A DNA stretch of 62,610 bases, counting the filler, from Pirum gemmata (Eukaryota): assembly GCA_002812295.1 (NCBI GenBank). It is 22 parts of 22 records of this genome, joined end to end, with 100 filler letters (N's around TTAATTAATTAA, not from the genome) between each part and the next. Parts side by side here need not be neighbours in the genome. Positions count along the whole stretch, not along the records: positions 48,575 to 51,058 come from PDIN01005923.1; positions 51,159 to 53,223 come from PDIN01005924.1; positions 53,324 to 55,791 come from PDIN01005925.1; positions 55,892 to 58,391 come from PDIN01005926.1; positions 58,492 to 62,610 come from PDIN01005927.1; 17 more parts are not named here. One strand, given 5' to 3'. Below are positions 50,967 to 62,610 of this stretch, one piece after another. A program made the position numbers and the translations under genes. A model generated the notes under the pieces. It saw nothing but the letters and a program-made list of their open reading frames with translations, made no database searches and was not told the origin of the DNA. Within the stretch, counting starts at the first letter, position 1, and each line of letters opens with the position of its first letter.

Positions 50967-52226
50967 CTAAATATAAACGTAAATAAAGTAAGTAAAGTAA
51001 ACAATGTAAACAAAACAAGAAAAGCAGATGCATATAATAATAATAATAATAATAATAANNNNNNNNNNNNNNNNNNNNNNNNNNNNNNNNNNNNNNNNNN
51101 NNTTAATTAATTAANNNNNNNNNNNNNNNNNNNNNNNNNNNNNNNNNNNNNNNNNNNNTTAAATAGATTAAAATAGTAAATCTAATTATAACAGATACCA
51201 ATATAAGTAATAATATTAACATTAATAGTAATAAAAACCATAAAAATCGAAAAAGTTCCGGCAGCTGTTCGGTAATAATAAAATGACGTCATCTCACCCC
51301 TACTATAGGGTTAAGGTTAGGGTTAGGGTGGTTAGGGTGGTTAGAGTTAGGGTGGTTAAGGTTAGGGTGGTTAGGGCGGTTAGGGCGGTTAGCGTTAAGG
51401 TTAGGGTTAGGGTGGTTAGGGTTAAGGTTAGGGTGTATTACCTAAAGCAGCAATAGTCAGAGGTGATTTAATAGAAGTATAGTGCTTTTCAGTTGTTTTG
51501 TCATCATATAATAAATAGTACCAAATTACTACAATATAAATCCATTTGATTTAATTTGGCATATTTTATTATCTATTTATTTAATTTAAAAATGCCAATT
51601 TAAATATTATAACCCTCCAAATAAATAATAAGAGCGACAAACTATAAATGAAAAGCACGATTCTATAGCTCTACTGCCAGACTACTGGTCAAGTTCAATT
51701 ATGAAAATCGCCCACACAGACCGCAGATATTTCCATAATAAGATATTATTTCCAAAAAAAACCGAAAAGATCTTTTAAACTATATATGGCTTCTTTATAT
51801 CTTAAAAAGGTAACAGACAGGTTAATATTTCCATATATTGCTGTGNTAATAAGATATTATTTCCAAAAAAAACCGAAAAGATCTTTTAAACTATATATGG
51901 CTTCTTTATATCTTAAAAAGGTAACAGACAGGTTAATATTTCCATATATTGCTGTGTGGGTTTTTTCGTAAATTGAAGGAATCTCAGTATTTTATTATAT
52001 ATACTTCTAGATCTAAAATAATATATACAATTTACGAGTAATTTACGATAATATTATTATATGAAATTATTAAAATATTATTTATTACATTATTACTTGT
52101 ATTAATATATATATTATTATAATATATATAAAAATTATTTATGTTATTTTTAATAAATGAGTGAAAAAAATATTATTTTTATATTTTATATTAATTAATC
52201 TTATTGTAAATAATCAAACTTTAATT

Positions 52227-53223
52227 TTAAACAGAAACCGGGTTACCACTTTTGATTATCTCCAAACTATATCTATCATTACTATGGACATTGTAGGTTT
52301 TTATATATTTGCTGGTGCCATTAGCATTATCATTATCATTATCATTGTCATTGTCATTATCATTGTCATTATCATTATCATTATCATTATCATTATCATT
52401 AATAACAATAATGTTATTATTATTATCAATATCACCAACAAGTTTTACTCCAACAGTACTGATAAAATCATCATCATCATCATTAATAATTATTATAGTA
52501 TCATTTGCATATACATCACAATCGCTCTTATTAATTTCATTATCACTATCACTATCATTATCATTATCATTATCATTATCATTATCATTATCATTATCAT
52601 TATCATTATCATTATCGAGTTTTCTCTTTCTCTTTTGCTCAAGCCAACCACCCCATGCATAAATACTAGAACCTAATACTGAGAGTACTATAGAGACTTG
52701 AGTTTCCCAAAACGATATACAATCATGAAAAATTAAAACCCCTAAAAGTATAACAATAACCCTTCTAACTATAGATAGTATATTATTAAACATGGCGCTA
52801 CTATAAGCTGCACAGGCAAAAAGTGCAAATTTACAAATCGGGAAACTCAACTGTAAGGCAATTAATATAAAGGAAAATTGTAATTGAGAGTTATTTTCGA
52901 CTAATGTTTTGGGAATGTTAACCCATACATTATATTCCATAATAAATGCAAGAGGGGTAACAATAAGAAAAGCACCTGTAAGTGAACAAGCAATGTTTTC
53001 GGCAGCATCATAGCGAGTTGTTTTCATGTTGTTTTTGTTATTATTCTCCATATCCTCGAACTCATCATCAATATCAACATCATTTATGTTAATATTATTA
53101 ATACTATTATCACTAGTGTTAAAATCATCTTTTTCAGATTTAGTACTATTTGTTTTAGTACTATTATTATTATAATTATTATTATTAATATTATTAATAT
53201 TATTACTATTATTATTATTATTA
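52227..53223 (-). CDS. C-terminal part of an SLC35/TPT-like (DMT superfamily) transporter with Asn/Asp-rich insertions
   Basis: SSAMFNNILSIVRRVIVILLGVLIFHDCISFWETQVSIVLSVLGSSIYAW matches the SAxxxxVxxxxKxVxxIxxxxLIFxxxxS...GxxxY pattern. The frame appears open to the scaffold edge. Confidence 0.65.
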
Positions 53224-53804
53224 NNNNNNNNNNNNNNNNNNNNNNNNNNNNNNNNNNNNNNNNNNNNTTAATTAATTAANNNNNNNNNNNNNNNNNNNNN
53301 NNNNNNNNNNNNNNNNNNNNNNNGTTACTTTAAAAAGAGTGTATTATACTATTTATAGTAACTTTAGGCAAATTTCTGGAAGTTCGCCGGTCCGAGCATC
53401 CAATTGGTAAGATGACGTCATCTCATCCCTCCTAGCTGAACACTAGCTGAACCAAGATTCTAATTTTTTTACTATTTTTAGTAACAAAATCACAAATAAA
53501 CCATACAAATATCAATATTTAAAATATCTTCCATATTAAGGGTATCGTGTAGATTCGTTGGTATTTGTGATCTATATATGGATATTTTATAAATAATATA
53601 CATCGGTAATTCGCTTGTTAAATTATAAACAATAATTTGATAAGAGGCTACCAGCTAGGGAGGCCTGAGCTGGAGGCTACTCTAGTCTCTAGTCTCTCAG
53701 AGGTCAACTTTCTAGCTAGACAGAGAGAGACTCATTCATAGACTAAATGACGTCTTCCAACACCTTTGACATTTACCCAAATCTGACCGTTACAGATATC
53801 AGTT

Positions 53805-54146
53805 TTAGGGTTAGGGTTAGGGTTAGGGTTAGGGTTAGGGTTAGGGGTTAGGGTTTTAGGGTTAGGGTTAGGGTTAGGGTTAGGGTTAGGGGTTAGGGTT
53901 AGGGTTAGGGTTAGGGTTANNNNNNNNNNNNNNNNNNNNNNNNNNNNNNNNNNNNNNNNNNNNNNNNNNNNNNNNNNNNNNNNNNNNNNNNNNNNNNNNN
54001 NNNNNNNNNNNNNNNNNNNNNNNNNNNNNNNNNNNNNNNNAGGGTTAGGGTTAGGGTTAGGGTTAGGGTTAGGGTTAGGGTTAGGGTTAGGGTTAGGGTT
54101 AGGGTTAGGGTTAGGGTTAGGGTTAGGGTTAGGGTTAGGGTTAGGG
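53805..54146 (+). repeat. Near-perfect (TTAGGG)n array spanning an N gap, with non-telomeric DNA on both sides
   Basis: Direct reading of canonical telomere repeats. Confidence 0.95.
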
Positions 54147-54710
54147 TTTCAATATGAATGATTTTTTAAAAAATGTTAATTTATGAATCCTATATTTTCA
54201 ACTTTTTTTTTTTCTATAGATATAGACCTATTATTTATAAGTAAATATATGATATATGTTTTTTTAAAAAAAATACTATAGTACAATAATGGCATAGACA
54301 TTCCCATCAGTATCACATATCGTGTTTTTCAATAGTGTTGTCCAGTTCAAAAACTGAAATAAACGTAGAGTCTACAAAATTATTATTATGGTTATACGTT
54401 ATACTATCAGGCATGTTTTAATTAATTTGGTATTTTATGCTTTTAAATGTTGTATTTTATAGACAAGTTCAATTATACACCTAAACAGTACCAAATTAAA
54501 GATTGAGAGAACAAGTAGTAAAGTAAAATAGACAATAATATATACTGTAATAATAATATACATAATTATATAATTTACATAATATTCCAGTCCTCTTAAT
54601 TTTTCTAATCAGACTTATTTTTAGACTAGTCTAGTCTACTTCTAGTCTGCTGTATCTGTAATATTATATTATTCTACTAGTCTATAGAGTCTATAGGATT
54701 ATATGATTTA

Positions 54711-54784
54711 TATCAACACAATTTGAGATTTTGGACGGGTATTTAGGGATTCTGATCAGTCCAAAATCCTAAATTGTGTTGATA
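54711..54784. other. 74-nt hairpin with a 26-bp stem
   Basis: TATCAACACAATTTGAGATTTTGGAC pairs with GTCCAAAATCCTAAATTGTGTTGATA (24/26, one G-U possible), with a 22-nt loop. Confidence 0.75.
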
Positions 54785-55454
54785 GAGCATCATTCATTTA
54801 CTTCTACACCCAATATTTATTTGGTTGGTTATAATTATTTAATTAATATTGTTATTAAATGAATAAATAGATAATAAAATATACCAGATTTTAAAAATGA
54901 AATGAATTTATAGTGAAAAGCACGATATTATATCAAGATATTATATAGACTATTATACGGTATAATTATATCGTTTATTTCATTACAGAAAACATTAGAC
55001 AGAAAACATGACATTGTCTTATAGTTTAAAAAACCATAGGTATGGTTTATTTCAGTTTTTGAACTGGGCACTATTGAAAAACACGATTTTAATTAAAAAT
55101 ATGATAATGATAATACTGGGTAATCTATAATATTATTACTATGATATGATATTTCATAGTTATTTCATAGTCTACATGATAGTGTGGTATCGATATTTTA
55201 CAAAATAAAATTTTATCTCCATACTCTTTTCTAGATTGCCATTTTAATGGCCTAAATTTCAATCAAAAAGCTTCTAATTTTCATCTGAGAGGTCAGATCT
55301 GCAGTTATTTTTTCCTGTCCTAATCCTAAAGGTATGATAATATCATATGATAAAAAAAAAAAAAAAAAAAAAAAAAGATCTATGATAGAATCAAAAAAGG
55401 AGATTTTTATAAATAAACTAGACATCTAATAATGCGAAAAGTATTGTGTTTTCC

Positions 55455-55688
55455 AGGGATGAGATGACGTCATCTTATCAATTGGATGCTCGGACCGGCG
55501 AACTTCCAGAAATTTTCCTAAAGTTACTATAAATAGTATAATAAACTCTTTTTAAAGTAACCACTTAAATAGGTAGTTACTAAATAAATAATTACAAATA
55601 CTAAATATGGTAAGGCGAAACAGGCGAACAAGATTTACTTTGTGCCTCGGTCAAAAAAGTTCGCCACATAAGAGTTCTCACCCCTCCT
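55455..55688 (+). mobile_element. ~235-bp MITE-like family B with short TIR (AGG)AGGGRTGAGA; fragments at 53324-53433 (inverted), 14941-14997 and ~51280-51301
   Basis: Left end AGGGATGAGATGACGTCATC and right end TCTCACCCCTCCT. ATTTACTTTGTGCCTCGGTCAAAAAAGTTCGCCA is shared with 14941, and ~107 bp match in inverted orientation at 53324. Confidence 0.7.
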
Positions 55689-56125
55689 GTTTTCCGTTTA
55701 TTTTGTCACTGCCAATATTTATTTGGTTGGTTATAACCTTTAAATTGACATTTTTTAAATTAATAAATATATAATAAAATATACCAAATTANNNNNNNNN
55801 NNNNNNNNNNNNNNNNNNNNNNNNNNNNNNNNNNNTTAATTAATTAANNNNNNNNNNNNNNNNNNNNNNNNNNNNNNNNNNNNNNNNNNNNTTTTTTTTT
55901 TTTTTTTTTTGTTTTTTTTTTAAAAAAAAAAGTGTATAAAAGGCCTTTATTATTATTTATCTATCATAAAGGATTATTTTGTTTTCGGTTTTGTTTATTT
56001 GTTTTCGTTTGTGTGGAATTGTAAGTACAAATTTAAATCACCGGCTTTTTTTATTTTATTTCAACAACAATTACAACAATTACAATAGTAACAAAAAAAA
56101 AAAAAAAAAAAAAAAAACAAATAAA

Positions 56126-58272
56126 ATGGCTACTGTAACCCCTACAACTACAATCCCTGTACCATTTCAAGCCTGCCTGGAAATTGTAACGGCTCCAGAT
56201 GGTGTTACAACGCTTCAGGAAAAACAAAATGCCCAAGGCACGGAAGCTTGTTTTCAAAAAGACGAAATTGATTTAACCGGAGTTAAAGTCGATAAAATTG
56301 ATAATAAAGTGTTTTGGAAATTTGTACGTGTAAAAAAAATGTAAGTATTTTAAAAAAACTATTATAGTGATCATTTTAAAAACTATTATAGTGATCATAC
56401 CTAAAATATTACAATAATAATTGTTATCTATACAAAAAAACTATTGAAGTTTTTAATTAAATTTTGATTTTATTTTAACATATTAATTAAATTTTGATTT
56501 TATTGTTACGTATTATAGAACCCTTGATGATGGATTTTCTGACATTGACGAATATACCTTTCCTAAAACTTTATTACGTGATTTGAATTTAGTGGATTTA
56601 ACTCTATGTGAAACATACACAAGCAATTACAAACCTGAGAGATTTAAAAACATCAATGTTATCTTAAGCGACAAAACAAAGCCTTTTCTGTGTATAGAAC
56701 TTAAAAATACTGTTCTACAACCAAGGAATGGTGCCACTACTGCGGACAAAGCAAAGTGTGCAACGGTTACGAATATCGATTTTTCTACATTACACATCAC
56801 CAACGTTTCTGCCAAAACCTTTGAGGAATTTGCTGGGTTAACAACAATTAAATTTGGCAAAGAATTGATCAAAATCGATACCACTGCTTTTCAAACTGTT
56901 GCTAATTCCTACACAAAGATAGATGTCTCGGACAGTATGGGATTGTTAGACACCAGTGGATTGGCGGGTTTCACAACTAAAGACCTTAGTCCCAGCACAG
57001 CGACTTTTTTGAATTGTTTACAGTACGATTCTGCTACTTCAACTGTTAAGTCAAAACCATCTATAACTCCTGCCAAATGTGTTACAGTAGATCTTTCAGG
57101 TCAGAAAATATTTGAAATTGAAAAGGATGCATTCAAAGCTTTAACCGATACAACAACTGTGTAAGTATTTTTTAATCATTGACTAATAATCAATATACTT
57201 AAGCATACTAATAATTAAGACAGTATAAACAATATGCTAACGAAACCCTTTTTATTTATTTTTTAGAAAATTTGGTTCTCAGCCAAGTTTGTCGGAAATT
57301 GTTGCTGGAACTTTTAACAGAAATGAATTACAAAAGCTGAAAGCATCAACATCAACACTAGATTTGTCTGAGGTTACCACATTGAGAATTCCTTTTGGTG
57401 AATTTGATGCTTATCCAACTATTAAGCTGCATGCAGACTTAACAGTTTGCTCTAGTTATGCTTTCAAAAAAGCGGGTGATGGAAAAATATCATTAAACCC
57501 TGCTCTGCAAAACAAGGATTTTTCTACTTGCTTAGATCTGGATCTGAGTAATATGGGTATAACTTCTGTTGCAGATAATACATTCAAAAAGTTTACAAAA
57601 TTGGGAAGCCTCAATTTGAACAATAATCAGTGGGGTGCTTTCCCAAGTAAACTGACTATACCTACACTTAAATATCTTTATTTTAAAAACTGTATTTCAA
57701 AAGATAATACTCTGCCTGACAATGCATTTGCTGGCATGCCAAATGCACTTATTTATATGGAGAATAACAATGTGGTTGCTTTTAGCAATAACACTTTCAA
57801 GGGTTTTAAGGGGAATATTTTAATGCCCTTTAACAAGATTTCCACACTGACAAATGAAACAGTTAATAGCATGCAGGGTAATATAACTTTAACAAACAAT
57901 ACAATCAAATGTTGTGAGAATGAAGAGGTATTAGAATCAATTGCCGACAGAAATTTGAACTTCTCTTATACGTGTACTGATAGAGATGGTAATTATACTA
58001 ACCATATCAACTCCGCAGTATGTCGCGATGCAGAAATGATTATTCATTCATTTAAGCTTAGTTCGACTGCCATTGCCCTTATCGTAGTAGGTTCCATAAT
58101 TGCTGTTTGTCTAATTGGTGGTTTAATATTTACATTGTGGTGGTTCCAACAGAAAAAGGCGAAATTAATTGAAGAAAGAGATGACTTTTTGGAAACTACG
58201 GAAGCAGTTTGTTTGGAAGACGAAGAACTAATCCAAAGTTCTGATGCTTTGAACTCCGAAGAATCAGTTTAG
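56126..58272 (+). CDS. Leucine-rich-repeat single-pass membrane protein; exons 56126-56340, 56519-57160, 57267-58272 (~620 aa)
   Basis: Repeated CxxxDLSxxxIxxIxxxxFxxL units, BspA-like IKFGKELIKIDTTAF, canonical LGSLNLNNNQW, LRR-CT-like NTIKCC..YTC..C, TM AIALIVVGSIIAVCLIGGLIFTLWW and a short acidic tail. Phases are consistent. Confidence 0.85.
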
Positions 58273-58360
58273 GAAGTATGATTCAGTTTTGTGTTTTAAT
58301 TAAAATTATTATTAATAAAGTATTATTATTATTATTATTATTATTTAGTTGTTAATCCAA

Positions 58361-58391
<31 letters not shown>

Positions 58392-58598
58392 NNNNNNNNN
58401 NNNNNNNNNNNNNNNNNNNNNNNNNNNNNNNNNNNTTAATTAATTAANNNNNNNNNNNNNNNNNNNNNNNNNNNNNNNNNNNNNNNNNNNNTACGGTTAC
58501 GGTTACGGTTACGGTTACGGTTGCGGTTACCGTTACGGTTACGGTTAGATTCAGGGGTAGGGGTAGGGCTTATTAGGGTTAGAGGAAAAAAATTGTAC

Positions 58599-59140
58599 AG
58601 ATATTCGATTCCGTTAGAACACGCCATAGTAGAACCTAAAGAAGGAAGTAAAAGAGTATTTAGTGGAAATATCAACCAATACAATAACAACGATAATAAA
58701 TAAATAAATAATAAAGCGATAGTGTTTACTATTGTATTGTATTGTATTGTATCGTATTATATTGTATTGTATTATATTGTATCGTATGGCATTGTATTGT
58801 ATTGTATTATATTATTTTGTACTATATTGTATTGTATTATATTGTAATGTATGTATTCTATTATATTGTATTGTATTATATTGTATAGTATTGTATTATA
58901 TTGTATTGTATTGTATTGTATTGTATTGTATTGTATTGTATTGTATTGTATTGTATTGTATTACATCAAGACGTTTGGAGTAAGACAAAAGTTAAAAAAA
59001 AAAATCAAAAAACTAGTTTATAAATTATTAAAATATGTAAGTAGTAATTATAACATAATCAATGTATTAACCTCCTATAGTAAAAAGCAAAGCATTAAAA
59101 AGAAGTGAAGTTTTTCTACCAAAAAAATCTGCTGCAGCAC
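58599..59140 (-). CDS. MFS sugar porter, TM2-TM3 exons (59140-59072 and 58635-58599)
   Basis: GAAADFFGRKTSLLFNALLFTIGG-STMACSNGIEYL contains the MFS GxxxDxxGRK motif. Confidence 0.8.
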
Positions 59141-59214
59141 CTACAATAATTATAATAATATATTGCTTTAGTTATTATTATTTATTATTTATTATTTAAT
59201 ATTTATTATTTATN

Positions 59215-59625
59215 TTAGGTTTAGGTTTAGGTTTAGGTTTAGGTTTAGGTTTAGGTTTAGGTTTAGGTTTAGGTTTAGGTTTAGGTTTGGGTTTGGGTTT
59301 GGGTTTAGGTTTAGGTTTAGGTTTAGGTTTAGTTTTAGCTTTAGGTTTAGGTTTAGGTTTAGGTTTAGGTTTAGGTTTGGGTAAGGGTAAGGGTTAGGGT
59401 AAGGGTAAGGGTTAGGGTAAGGGTTAAATTTAGATTAGGTCTTGCCGTTAAACTTAGGCTTAGGCTTAGGCTTAGGCTTAGGCTTAGGCTTAGGCTTAGG
59501 CTTAGGCTTAGGCTTAGGCTTAGGCTTAGGCTTAGGCTTAGGCTTAGGCTTAGGCTTAGGCTTAGGCTTAGGCTTAGGCTTAGGCTTAGGCTTAGGCTTA
59601 GGCTTAAGCTTAGGTTTAGGCTTAA
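59215..59625 (+). repeat. Blocks of telomere-variant hexamers: (TTAGGT)n, TAAGGG/TTAGGG, (TTAGGC)n
   Basis: Direct reading; the blocks lie just downstream of a sugar-porter donor site on the minus strand. Confidence 0.92.
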
Positions 59626-59708
59626 GCTTAGTTTTACTTTTACTTTTACTTATACTTTTACGTTTAGTTTTGTAGCAATAACTAATAGTTAAAGATTTAT
59701 TTACTTAC

Positions 59709-61282
<1,574 letters not shown>

Positions 61283-61343
61283 CTAAAATAATAATAATAA
61301 TAATAATTAGGGGTGGTAGCAGTAAGGTTAGGATTAGGACCAA

Positions 61344-61451
<108 letters not shown>

Positions 61452-61452
61452 N

Positions 61453-62190
61453 GGCTTAGGCTTAGGCTTAGGCTTAGGCTTAGGCTTAGGCTTAGGCTTA
61501 GGCTTGGGCTTAGGCTTGGGCTCAGGCTTAGGCTTAGGCTTAGGCTTAGGTTTAGGATCAGGGTAGGCTTAGGCTTAGGCTTAGGCTTAGGCTTAGGCTT
61601 AGGATTAGGCTTAGGCTTAGGGCTTAAGCTTAGGCTTAGGGCTTAAGCTTAGGCTTAGGGCTTAAGCTTAGGCTTAGGCTTAGGCTTAGGCTTAGGCTTA
61701 GGCTTAGGCTAACGTTAAGGTTAAGGTTAAGGTTAAGGCTTAGGTTTAGGCTTAGGCTTAGGCTTACGCTTAGCTTTAGGCTTAGCTTTAGGCTTAGCTT
61801 TAGCTTTAGGCTTAGCCTTAGCCTTAGCCTTAGCCTTAGCCTTAGCCTTAGCCTTAGCCTTAGCCTTAGCCTTAGCCTTAGCCTTAGCCTTAGCCTTAGG
61901 GTTAGCGTTAGGGTTAGGGTTAGGATTAGGNNNNNNNNNNNNNNNNNNNNNNNNNNNNNNNNNNNNNNNNNNNNNNNNNNNNNNNNNNNNNNNNNNNNNN
62001 NNNNNNNNNNNNNNNNNNNNNNNNNNNNNNNNNNNNNNNNNGCCTTGGCCTTAGCCTTGGCCTTAGGCTTAGCCTTAGCCTTAGCCTTAGCCTTAGCCTT
62101 AGCCTTAGCCTTAGCCTTAGCCTTAGCCTTAGCCTTAGCCTTAGCCTTAGCCTTAGGGTTAGCGTTAGGGTTAGGGTTAGGATTAGGATT
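61453..62190 (+). repeat. Telomere-variant hexamer arrays (TTAGGC, TTAAGG, TTAGCT, TTAGCC, TTAGGG) downstream of the RCC1 exon; similar tracts at 62400-62610
   Basis: Direct reading of homogeneous variant blocks. Confidence 0.92.
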
Positions 62191-62210
62191 GCCTGTACAA
62201 TGAAACTTAC

Positions 62211-62285
62211 CTAATCTCCCATAATCTCCTGAGCCCCAAGTGTACAAAATACCAGCTTCATCCAAAACCATAACGTGTCTTTCAC
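62211..62285 (-). CDS. Exon encoding an RCC1 repeat
   Basis: TTTAG acceptor, GERHVMVLDEAGILYTWGSGDYGRLG, GTAAG donor; matches GxxHxxxLxxxGxLYxWGxGxxGRLG. Confidence 0.88.
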   Translation of the reverse strand: MKDTLWFWMKLVFCTLGAQEIMGD

Positions 62286-62610
62286 CTAAATAAAAATGAA
62301 AACAAAACATTAAACAAACAATTATAAATTTATACTATAGCTAGTTGGAGTTAGAATTATAGTTTTCGTTAGAGTTAAGAAGAGTTAGGGCCAGAGTTGA
62401 GGCTAGGGTTAGGGTCAGGGTTAGGGTCAGGGTTAGGGTCAGGGTTAGGGTCAAGGTTAGGGTCAAGGTTATGTTTAGGGTTAAGGGCTGGGTTACGCTT
62501 AGGCTTAGGCCTAGGCCTGGGCTTAGGCTTAGGCCTAGGCCTGGGCTTAGGCTTAGGCTTAGGCTTAGGCGTAGGCTTAGGCGTAGGCTTAGGCTTAGGC
62601 TTAGGCTTAG

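Noticed and set aside
51736..51956. Exact ~110-bp tandem duplication
   Set aside because: Identical copies separated by a single N indicate an unmerged contig overlap. The same applies to 13645-13678, 41830-42230 and probably 23994-24099.
61636..62310. 224-aa ORF with (AK)n and (LR)n runs
   Set aside because: Only 62211-62285 is coding (RCC1 exon); the rest is hexamer repeat and N.

Overview
This is eukaryotic, very AT-rich and microsatellite-rich DNA, and it is not one contiguous locus. It consists of 22 short scaffolds (about 2.0-5.7 kb) joined by an artificial ~100-bp N(44)-TTAATTAATTAA-N(44) linker, so neighbouring genes on different scaffolds are not evidence of clustering. GT-AG introns, TTAGGG repeats and the beta-tubulin motif [17 protein letters not shown] suggest an opisthokont, possibly a unicellular holozoan (inference only). 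Most ORFs in the supplied track are translations of microsatellites. Manual splicing recovers real genes or fragments: an RPA70N domain, a Tim13-like small Tim, an arrestin with large insertions, a bacterial-type GH8-like glycoside hydrolase with at least 6 introns, a sensor-like membrane protein, a secreted catalase-superfamily protein, topoisomerase II, a GH131-like glucanase with CBM1, an amino-acid permease, a divergent beta-tubulin, an O-methyltransferase, an SLC35-like transporter, an LRR membrane protein, an MFS sugar porter and an RCC1 repeat. Non-coding DNA holds PIF/Harbinger-type MITEs, other dispersed repeat families, a foldback element, a possible tRNA-derived SINE, two pre-miRNA-like hairpins, and many telomere-like hexamer variants, often inside introns. 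The best leads are the GH131-CBM1 and GH8-like enzymes (possible horizontal acquisitions), the intronic telomere-variant arrays, the divergent beta-tubulin and the hairpins. No multi-gene novel system can be demonstrated from this fragmented window. All family calls come from motif recognition by eye, not from database searches.
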